Source of the DNA: a virus
Reading direction: 5' to 3' (one strand)
Virus record (IMG/VR): IMGVR_UViG_3300036819_000087
Span: 32,001 to 96,000 of that record
Length of the DNA: 64,000 bases
Shown here: in pieces, positions 57,656 to 64,000 of the stretch
Numbering within the stretch: the stretch's first letter is position 1
How the letters are laid out: each line of letters begins with the position of its first letter
The notes under the pieces: model-generated
Database searches by the model: none
Told to the model about the DNA's origin: nothing
What the model saw: the letters and a program-made list of their open reading frames with translations, nothing else
Translations under genes and position numbers: made by a program

Positions 57656-57699
57656 AAAACGGCCCCCGAACCGTCGTCACCCGGTTCGGGGGCCGTTTT
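57656..57699. terminator. Bidirectional hairpin terminator
   Basis: AAAACGGCCCCCGAACCG...CGGTTCGGGGGCCGTTTT. Confidence 0.75.
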
Positions 57700-58052
57700 C
57701 GCTGGTCACGCTCCCACATCTGCCGGGCCGCCATTTACGCGGCGCGCCGGCCGCGCATTGCGCTCGACCTCCCGGTGTCTTTCTTCCCTGTCCCCCAGCC
57801 CGGCCGTGGTTCAGCGCGTGATCAGACGAACCGGCCCGGCCGGTTGGGTGGCCGGCCGGGCCTGGTCTTTCGCGGCCGGCCCGTACCCGGTCCCACCCGG
57901 TACGACCCCGGCCCTTCGGGAACCCCGCAGAGCTTTCCCAGGGAGATCTCACCCCCCTGTCACCGCAGGCTGGTGACCTGCGGCCGACCCCAGCCCCCCT
58001 CTGCTTGCGGTACCACCCGTCGGCGTTCAGGGGGCCGGGCACGCCTGCGACA

Positions 58053-58538
58053 CTACTCCCCATCACCCGCCGCGTCAACGGGAACATTGACGGGAGGTGA
58101 GGGGGTGGGCTCCTTGACGGCGGCGGGCCGGTCCCGGGCCGGGGCCCACGTCTTGCGGCCGCCGAGCCGCCGGTACCGCTGCTGCATCGCCTGTTTCGAT
58201 GGGTAGCCGAGCTGGTCGGCGAGCTGATCCCAGGTCAGGCCCCGGTTCATCGCCGCCTCGATCAGGTCCTGCTCGAAATAGTCGAGCCGGAACCGCTCCC
58301 CCGGTATCAGGCGGAGCGCGTCGACCACATCGTCGGCGAGGATCTCATCACCGGCCAGGCGGGGCACGGTGGCCTCCTTGCCGAAGCTGAGGGCAAGATG
58401 CACGTCGCTGAGCGCGTCTGCGGGAAGGATGCGCGGCTGGCCCGGTGTGTTGTAGCTCGCGTTGTAGCGGTCCAGGCGGGCGAGCACCTCGGTCTCGGCC
58501 TTGCGGGCGAGGTACCGGTGCGGGCTGGGGTTCGTCAT
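58053..58538 (-). CDS. HTH regulator (RxxGxxWxx-LG-SKQAxQQRY type)
   Basis: LIEAAMNRGLTWDQLADQLGYPSKQAMQQRYRRL. Confidence 0.78.
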   Translation of the reverse strand: MTNPSPHRYLARKAETEVLARLDRYNASYNTPGQPRILPADALSDVHLALSFGKEATVPRLAGDEILADDVVDALRLIPGERFRLDYFEQDLIEAAMNRGLTWDQLADQLGYPSKQAMQQRYRRLGGRKTWAPARDRPAAVKEPTPSPPVNVPVDAAGDGE

Positions 58539-58570
58539 GCTCCCCCGACGATAACCCCCCCACCCCGCTG

Positions 58571-58590
58571 CGTCAATGTTCACGTTGACG
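58571..58590. promoter_or_regulatory. Palindromic operator CGTCAATGTTCACGTTGACG
   Basis: Between divergent genes; overlaps TTGACG...TAATGT promoter; copies at 58073 and 9327. Confidence 0.7.
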
Positions 58591-58646
58591 AGGCAAGGAG
58601 GTGTGAGGTAATGTCACAGGGCGCAACCGAGGAAAAGGAGCACAGA

Positions 58647-59003
58647 ATGCCCACTGGAACCGGCCCGGTCGCCAACCCTGCACTCCCCCGCAGCGCTGGT
58701 GGTTTCCCCGTCCGCCGTACCCTCAGCATCGCTGCGGTCGCCCGCCAGTTTGGCCTGACCGGTCACGCTGGGGACGTGTGGGGTGCCCGGTACGGGATCG
58801 GTGTCTCCTCCCCGCCGACCACCGACGACGGGCCAGCGAACCCGACCCCGTGTCCCGAGCCTGACACCTGGTTCGATAACCGGCCGGCGTGGACGTGGCC
58901 GGACCGGGCCGAGGAGTGGGCGCTGTGGATGGCCACCCGGAGCGGGCAGGGCGGCCCCGGCCAGCCCCGGCCCGCTGAACGAGTCCCCGGCGGCCGCCGT
59001 TAG
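58647..59003 (+). CDS. Hypothetical protein (possible HTH)
   Basis: AAGGAG RBS; LSIAAVARQFGL...PEPD...PAW. Confidence 0.6.
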   Translation: MPTGTGPVANPALPRSAGGFPVRRTLSIAAVARQFGLTGHAGDVWGARYGIGVSSPPTTDDGPANPTPCPEPDTWFDNRPAWTWPDRAEEWALWMATRSGQGGPGQPRPAERVPGGRR

Positions 59004-59010
59004 GGCATGC

Positions 59011-59050
59011 GAAAACGCCCCCACCCCGATCACGGGGCGGGGGCGTTTTT
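59011..59050. terminator. Bidirectional terminator ending the lysis cassette
   Basis: AAAACGCCCCCACCCCG-ATCA-CGGGGCGGGGGCGTTTTT. Confidence 0.75.
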
Positions 59051-59077
59051 CGTGCTGCCGACGGGGCTGTTAGCGGC

Positions 59078-59602
59078 TCACCCGATCGGCCAGTTCCACA
59101 CGCGCGGCGGCGACTGCCTCGCCGACGGCGGGTCGTCGACCGGGATCGGCCGGATCGGCGCGTGCGGGCCGAACGGGTCGTACCCGGCGGCGGGAGGACC
59201 GAACCCGACCCCGCCCGGGGGCGGGCCGAGGACCTGACGCCGGTAGGTGACGGCCGGGGTGAGGTTGACTCGCAGCACCAGCGGCAGGATCACCGACGCG
59301 GCCGCCGTGCCCAGCGCGATCCAATGGGCGGGCGGGTGGAACCCGAACGCGGCCGCCGCGGTCACGATCGTGGTCAGGCCGCCGATGATCGACGGCACGT
59401 CCGCAGGCCGGGTCTGGACCGCCGTGTAGATGGTCGCGGCGGCGGTCACGGCCGTGGCCACGGCCGCTTCCTCGGCCGAGGTGAGCCCGAACACCCACGC
59501 GGCCAGGACCGCGAGGCCGCCGCTGCCCGCCCACGCGGCGACCGCCGGCTCATAGGTGAACAGGCGCCGCAGCCACGCCCACCAGACCCGGGCCCGGTTC
59601 AC
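59078..59602 (-). CDS. Holin-like multi-TM protein
   Basis: YEPA...about four TM helices...RVNLTP; within lysis cassette. Confidence 0.65.
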   Translation of the reverse strand: MNRARVWWAWLRRLFTYEPAVAAWAGSGGLAVLAAWVFGLTSAEEAAVATAVTAAATIYTAVQTRPADVPSIIGGLTTIVTAAAAFGFHPPAHWIALGTAAASVILPLVLRVNLTPAVTYRRQVLGPPPGGVGFGPPAAGYDPFGPHAPIRPIPVDDPPSARQSPPRVWNWPIG

Positions 59603-60483
59603 AGCCGGAACCGGGCGGTCAGGTCGGTCAGCACCGACGCGGGCTGGTGCCCGCCGGCGACCTGGTGGGCCAGGTGCACGACCTGGCCGAGGATGTGGGA
59701 GCGGCGCCGCTCGGCCCGGCCGACATGCCCGTCGAGGGCGTCGAGGTCGCCCTGGAGCTCGGCGAGCGCGTCGGGTTCCATCTCGTCCTCGTGCATGATG
59801 ACGACCCAGCCTTCGACCACGGCCGCAGCCGACCATGCCCCGTCGGAGTCCTGCCGGTGCCCCCAGGTCACCCACCCGTCGCAGCCGTGCCCGTCGGCGG
59901 TGACCTTCAGGATGCAGTGCCCAAGGTCCGGGTCCGGCTCGACTCCCCCGGCCAGCGTCCACGGCTTCCCCTCGGAGAAGTCCTGGTCGGCGTTGGGGGT
60001 GAGCTGAACCCCGCAGTACAGGCCCCGGAACTCTTGCATCGCCGAATCCATCGCCCCGGTGGAGGTGATGTCGACGGGGGCGAACCCGGCGATCAGGCCG
60101 TGCCGGTACCAGTACATGAGCACGCGGGCCAGGACCGCGCCCTCATCCTTGCCGTGGTCGTACTTCAGGTACTCGGCGACCAGTTCGTTGCTGGTTTCGC
60201 GGGGCAGGCCGGTCAGCCCGTAGCAGGCGGCCTTGGCGTAGTGGTAGTGTTCGCGGCCCGCGAACGGGCAGTCCCCGACCCCGCCCGGGTGGGTGGTGCA
60301 TGCCTGGTCGGGGCCGTTCCCGAGCATCCCCCACCCGTCGTCGGGGATCCCGCCGGTCACGTCCACCGGGTACGTCGGGCCGGCCAGTCCCCCGGTGTAT
60401 TCGTGCACGTATTTGATCGGGAGCCGCTCCCCCGCGGGCAGCGGGGGCAGGGCACCGAGCAAGCCCGGGACACGGTCGGTCAT
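59599..60483 (-). CDS. Papain-like cysteine peptidase (putative)
   Basis: GMLGN...VGDC, GHCI, VTWG motifs. Confidence 0.65.
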   Translation of the reverse strand: MTDRVPGLLGALPPLPAGERLPIKYVHEYTGGLAGPTYPVDVTGGIPDDGWGMLGNGPDQACTTHPGGVGDCPFAGREHYHYAKAACYGLTGLPRETSNELVAEYLKYDHGKDEGAVLARVLMYWYRHGLIAGFAPVDITSTGAMDSAMQEFRGLYCGVQLTPNADQDFSEGKPWTLAGGVEPDPDLGHCILKVTADGHGCDGWVTWGHRQDSDGAWSAAAVVEGWVVIMHEDEMEPDALAELQGDLDALDGHVGRAERRRSHILGQVVHLAHQVAGGHQPASVLTDLTARFRL

Positions 60484-60561
60484 GGTGTCTCCTTCGAAGT
60501 TGGGGTAGAAAAAGAACCGGGCCGGGTGTAAGAAACCGGCCCGGCCGCGACAGATAGGAAG

Positions 60562-60816
60562 ATGAGGGGCATGCTGAAAGTGCTGATGACCACGCCCGGT
60601 CCCCGCTGGACGCTGCTCCTCGGCCTGTCCGGGGACGACGTGACCGAACTGGCCGGCGGCGGCGAGCTGGCGATCGATTCCAGCGTGTTCCCCGTCGGCG
60701 CGGACGCATCGAAGATCACCGTGGTGCTGCGTTACGGCCGCACCGAACAGGCACTCCTCGAAACGATGGCGGCCGATGCGACCCCCGAGGCGATCGCCGC
60801 CCTCATGCCCGACTAG
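60562..60816 (+). CDS. Hypothetical protein in opposite orientation within lysis cassette
   Basis: LLLGLSGDDVTEL...YGRTE. Confidence 0.55.
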   Translation: MRGMLKVLMTTPGPRWTLLLGLSGDDVTELAGGGELAIDSSVFPVGADASKITVVLRYGRTEQALLETMAADATPEAIAALMPD

Positions 60817-61035
60817 CTAGTGGACGGGGATGAGGCCGAGGGTGGCTGCGCGGCGACCTTGATCGGCCAGGACTCGGTGGTCCGCTGCCAGGTGGAAGAC
60901 GAGCACACCGAGCACCGCGCCCAGTTTGAGGCGGAGTACGAGGGTCGCCCAGGGCTGGTCGAGGCGGTGTGGACCGGGCCGCCGGCCGTCCTGGACCTGC
61001 GGCCCGACCAGGACCGGTGGATGTGGTGGAACGGG

Positions 61036-61206
61036 CTACAGGAACGACAGGAGCCAGGCCAGGCACCAGGCGGCCAGGCCACCGGGCAGGAACCAGTCCC
61101 CCCCGGTCATGGTGAACATGCCGCCCGAGATGGCGGCGGCGATCACGAAGAACGCGATCCCCAGCAGGGTCAGCAGGATGACGAGTAGACGGCGGTCGGC
61201 GACCAT
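61036..61206 (-). CDS. 56-aa two-TM holin candidate (below ORF-track cutoff)
   Basis: AGGAGG RBS; MVADRRLLVILLTLLGIAFFVIAAAISGG...GGLAAWCLAWLLSFL; directly after endolysin. Confidence 0.65.
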   Translation of the reverse strand: MVADRRLLVILLTLLGIAFFVIAAAISGGMFTMTGGDWFLPGGLAAWCLAWLLSFL

Positions 61207-61215
61207 TGGTTCCTC

Positions 61216-61836
61216 CTAGCGGGTGGCGGGCATGCGGCAGAACTGGCGGAGCTGCGCTTCGGTGCCGTTGAACCGGTCCCGGTCCAGAGACGTGCCGCTG
61301 TACTGCCAAAACGTCCAGTTCGACCACGGCTTCGGCACCTTCGGCTTGGCCACGCCGTAGGAGGCGAGCCACAGGTACCAGGCGTTCAGCCCCGCACAGG
61401 CGCCGGTCGCTGCGAACCCCGGGTTGGTGTAGAGGAGCACCCGGTGGCCGGGGGCGAGCCCGTTGACCGTGTTCAGGAACGCCCGCGCCCTGGCAGCCAC
61501 CGTCGCGGGGGCTACATGATCGTTGGACCCGTCCGACTCGGTGGCTTCCAGGTCACACACGAAGTTGTCGCCGGGCAGCAGGCCGTGCGGTTTGACCGCG
61601 GCGACCAGCCGGCCGGCCTGGATGGTGGGGTCCTCGCTGGCGTGGAAAAAGTGATACGCGAACCGGGGCAGGGTCCTGCTCTCAGCCCACATGCCGTTCC
61701 AGTTCTGCGCGAAGTCCGGGTCCGTGGTGTTGAGGCCCTCGGTGGCCTTGCACATGCCGAACGAGATCTTGCCGCGCTCATTAGCCCAGGGGAAGTGGGC
61801 GCCCTGGGGCCAGGCGACGTCGATGCCCTCTTGCAT
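61216..61836 (-). CDS. GH25 muramidase endolysin
   Basis: GIDVAWPQG, KATEG, AYHF, CDLE, LWLASY, FWQYS, LDRD. Confidence 0.92.
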   Translation of the reverse strand: MQEGIDVAWPQGAHFPWANERGKISFGMCKATEGLNTTDPDFAQNWNGMWAESRTLPRFAYHFFHASEDPTIQAGRLVAAVKPHGLLPGDNFVCDLEATESDGSNDHVAPATVAARARAFLNTVNGLAPGHRVLLYTNPGFAATGACAGLNAWYLWLASYGVAKPKVPKPWSNWTFWQYSGTSLDRDRFNGTEAQLRQFCRMPATR

Positions 61837-61944
61837 GGTGGTCTGTCCTTTCGGGGGGTTGGTTTCCAGGCGGCCCGGCATGGCGGGCACCAGCGGGTCG
61901 CGGGCTCGAGCTGGTCCCAGTGGCCGCAGCGTGCGCAGTAGCCG

Positions 61945-62235
61945 TCACCGGCGGCGGGCACGGTGATGCTCCTCGACGACCTGCCCGGCGGTGAGCCCGT
62001 CGTCCGGGTGGTGTTTCCGGCACACCTTGCGACCCGCGTTGGTTTTGTGGCGACCGAGCCGCCAGCACCGGTCGACCTCACAGTTCGCGTGCCGCCACCA
62101 GGTCCCCGCGGCGGCCAGGAGCGTGACCTCGCCCAAGTCGGAGCCGACCCCGGACCAGGCGTTGTAGGCGACGGCATGCCCGTAGGGGGCGCCGTAGTCG
62201 AGGCCGAGGAAATGCACGACCGCTGGCCACCACAC
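61945..62235 (-). CDS. Small membrane/Cys-His protein
   Basis: YNAWSGVGSD...NCEVDRCWRLG...CRKHHP. Confidence 0.6.
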   Translation of the reverse strand: MWWPAVVHFLGLDYGAPYGHAVAYNAWSGVGSDLGEVTLLAAAGTWWRHANCEVDRCWRLGRHKTNAGRKVCRKHHPDDGLTAGQVVEEHHRARRR

Positions 62236-62258
62236 ACCAGATCACCCGCCCCGCTGTT

Positions 62259-62627
62259 TCACCCGCGGCTGCCGCGATGCTGGACCTCGACCCGGGTCAC
62301 CCGTTCCGACAGGCCCGTGAGCTTGCCGTTCACCTTGCTGAACTCTTCATGGGTGGCCTCCGCGAAGGCGTCAAGTTTCATCCCCATCTCCCGGATCGCG
62401 GCGGTGTTGCTGTTGGCGGCCAGCGTGTTCGCTTCCAGCGCCTGGGTTTGCTGCGCCCGGGATTCCCCCTCGACCAGCCATTTGGATCGCTGCCGTGCGA
62501 AAAACCGCAACGCCGCGACCGGGCCGCCGATGATCGCACCCAGCCCGCCGATGATCGCGATCACGTAGTAGGTGGTGACCAGGCCCTGCCCGTTCGAGGC
62601 GGCGTCGGCGAGGGTCGCGGTCAGCAC
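62259..62627 (-). CDS. TM plus coiled-coil protein (lysis-associated)
   Basis: One TM followed by heptads ending ERVTRVE. Confidence 0.65.
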   Translation of the reverse strand: MLTATLADAASNGQGLVTTYYVIAIIGGLGAIIGGPVAALRFFARQRSKWLVEGESRAQQTQALEANTLAANSNTAAIREMGMKLDAFAEATHEEFSKVNGKLTGLSERVTRVEVQHRGSRG

Positions 62628-62869
62628 CCGAGCCGCCCGTGGAGGGTCTGGAAGTCGCTGCCGAGCTCCCGTTCGTAGGTGGCGAGCTTTTTCACGTACC
62701 GGCGGGTGGCTGTGTCGCTGGGAACCTGGGTCGAGGCGGGGGGTACGGGGGCCTGATTCAGGAGGTGGATGGTGTCGCACCACACGTGCTGGGACTGGTG
62801 AACCTGCCAGATGGTGTAGGCGGTGTTGGCGCCGAACGCGATGACCACACCAGCGATGAACGCCGCCAC
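62621..62869 (-). CDS. Small membrane protein
   Basis: TM then WCDT...LGC; true start may lie upstream. Confidence 0.5.
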   Translation of the reverse strand: MAAFIAGVVIAFGANTAYTIWQVHQSQHVWCDTIHLLNQAPVPPASTQVPSDTATRRYVKKLATYERELGSDFQTLHGRLGC

Positions 62870-62998
62870 GGCGGCGAGGACCAGCCGGGTGATCGGGTAT
62901 TCGCTGCGGTCGGCCGGTTCGCCTGGTTCTGGTCCCTGTTTGCTGGTGTGGGTGACACAGCCTCCTCGGGTCAGCGGATAGTACGGTGGGCATCCAGG

Positions 62999-63682
62999 TC
63001 AGCCGAGTAGCTGACGCAGCGTGATCGCGTCGCGGATCCGGGCCTCCCGGCCGGTGGGGCTGTCGTGGCCGGGATGGTTGATGTAGTTCCCCATGACGGC
63101 GCGGCCCTCGGCGTACGTGGTGTCCTGGTGGCCGCCGGTCAGGTCAGCGCGGTCGTGGTGCACCTGGACCGGTATCAGCCGCTCCATGCCGACGCGGCGG
63201 CCGACCTCGGAGATCCACACGTCCACGTTGGGGGATTCGGATACGTGGCCGAGGTGGGCGGTCCAGGCGGCCGGCCAGGCGGGGAAAAAGTTCCCGCCCG
63301 GCAGGTTGGAGGACAAGGCCAGCACCGCCGGGTCCTGGGACATGATGGCCACGTCCCAGCCGTCGGTGAGCATGGTGGCGTCATCGTTCCACAGCAGGCA
63401 CCAGCGGCCCCGCGCCATCCCCGCGAGAGCGTTGTAATACCGGTGGAGCTGCGCGTACCCGAACCGTTCCGGCGCCACCCACAAGCGGACCAGGTCGTGC
63501 CCATAGTCGGTGTGGGCCTCGTCGCCGAGCGTCTCGGCTACTTCCCTGGTCATGGTGTCATCGGGGTCGGCGGCGACCAGGACCTCGACCTGGGCGGGGC
63601 TGGTGGCCTTGCCGAGGAGGCTGCCGATCGACGCGGCCAGGCTGGCCGGGCGGCCGCGGGAGGGGAGCAGGACCGAGATCAC
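62999..63682 (-). CDS. GT-A (family 2-like) glycosyltransferase
   Basis: ISVLLPSRGRP, ADPDD, YNALA, LWNDDA. Confidence 0.85.
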   Translation of the reverse strand: MISVLLPSRGRPASLAASIGSLLGKATSPAQVEVLVAADPDDTMTREVAETLGDEAHTDYGHDLVRLWVAPERFGYAQLHRYYNALAGMARGRWCLLWNDDATMLTDGWDVAIMSQDPAVLALSSNLPGGNFFPAWPAAWTAHLGHVSESPNVDVWISEVGRRVGMERLIPVQVHHDRADLTGGHQDTTYAEGRAVMGNYINHPGHDSPTGREARIRDAITLRQLLG

Positions 63683-63806
63683 CGGCGTCTCCTCCCCCGC
63701 GCCCGGCCGGCCACCTTGCTGTCCCGGTAGGCGATCACCGCGACCACGGCCACGGCCGCCAGCACGGCGGCCCCCACGGCCAGCGGGACCGCCCACAGAA
63801 GCCACC

Positions 63807-64000
63807 TCACTGGACCGTCCCCGCGTCGGCGACCTCGAAGTGCGGGAGGGGGAACACCATCCGCCCGCCCGTGTTGAGGTAGTCGCGTTCCCGGTCGAGG
63901 AACACCGGCCGGAAAAACCACGGCGAGACCAGCAACGCGTCGGGCGGGTCGGCGCGCATCTCCTCTTCGGAGATGATGGGGATGCCGGTCGCGGCCATGA
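63807..64000 (-). CDS. C-terminal end of NDP-sugar C-methyltransferase-like protein (truncated by window)
   Basis: TGIPIISEEEMRADPPDALLVSPWFF...GGRMVFPLP. Confidence 0.75.
   Translation of the reverse strand, partial: MAATGIPIISEEEMRADPPDALLVSPWFFRPVFLDRERDYLNTGGRMVFPLPHFEVADAGTVQ

Noticed and set aside
62758-62958. Possible frameshift joining RBS-supported GTG 62958 to ORF 62621-62869
   Set aside because: Shift site cannot be located and an in-frame GTG at 62869 suffices
1-64000. tRNA, rRNA, reverse transcriptase/DGR, transposase
   Set aside because: No T-loop/cloverleaf, YxDD RT or DDE signature recognised by eye; not excluded without tRNAscan and HMM searches

Overview
High-GC actinobacterial phage DNA with no host housekeeping genes. 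The window covers almost the whole non-structural half of a large temperate phage or phage-plasmid genome. Left end (minus strand): portal (5' part), accessory ORFs, terminase large and small subunits and a ParB-fused DNA methylase. About 12.8-27.2 kb holds a Streptomyces-plasmid/AICE-like transfer module (FtsK/TraB-like ATPase, DUF2637/Spd-like membrane protein, lytic-transglycosylase-like and NlpC/P60 hydrolases, RapZ-C-like, WhiB, Xis-like HTH, KorSA-like GntR and a GNAT). A divergent XRE switch lies at about 33 kb. The plus-strand early arm has Bet/RecT, a Mom-like XF1762 protein, a VUT transporter with a TGT/DpdA-like enzyme, DUF1643, a C5 methyltransferase containing a nested 500-aa alternative-frame ORF, an HTH replication initiator, an N4/N6 methylase, a J-domain protein, two secreted proteins and Lsr2. 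Next come endonuclease VII, a Cre-like tyrosine recombinase, a secreted peptide precursor with three YLYHG copies and two XRE regulators. The right end has the lysis cassette (GH25 endolysin, holin candidates, papain-like peptidase) and glycosyltransferase/sugar methyltransferase genes. Best candidates for novelty: (1) the YLYHG repeat peptide beside the recombinase and XRE regulators, a possible peptide signalling system; (2) a conjugation module apparently built into a tailed-phage genome; (3) the dual-frame methyltransferase; (4) a genome-wide start-associated motif, CAACCGAGGAG. All family calls are by-eye motif recognition; no database searches were run.
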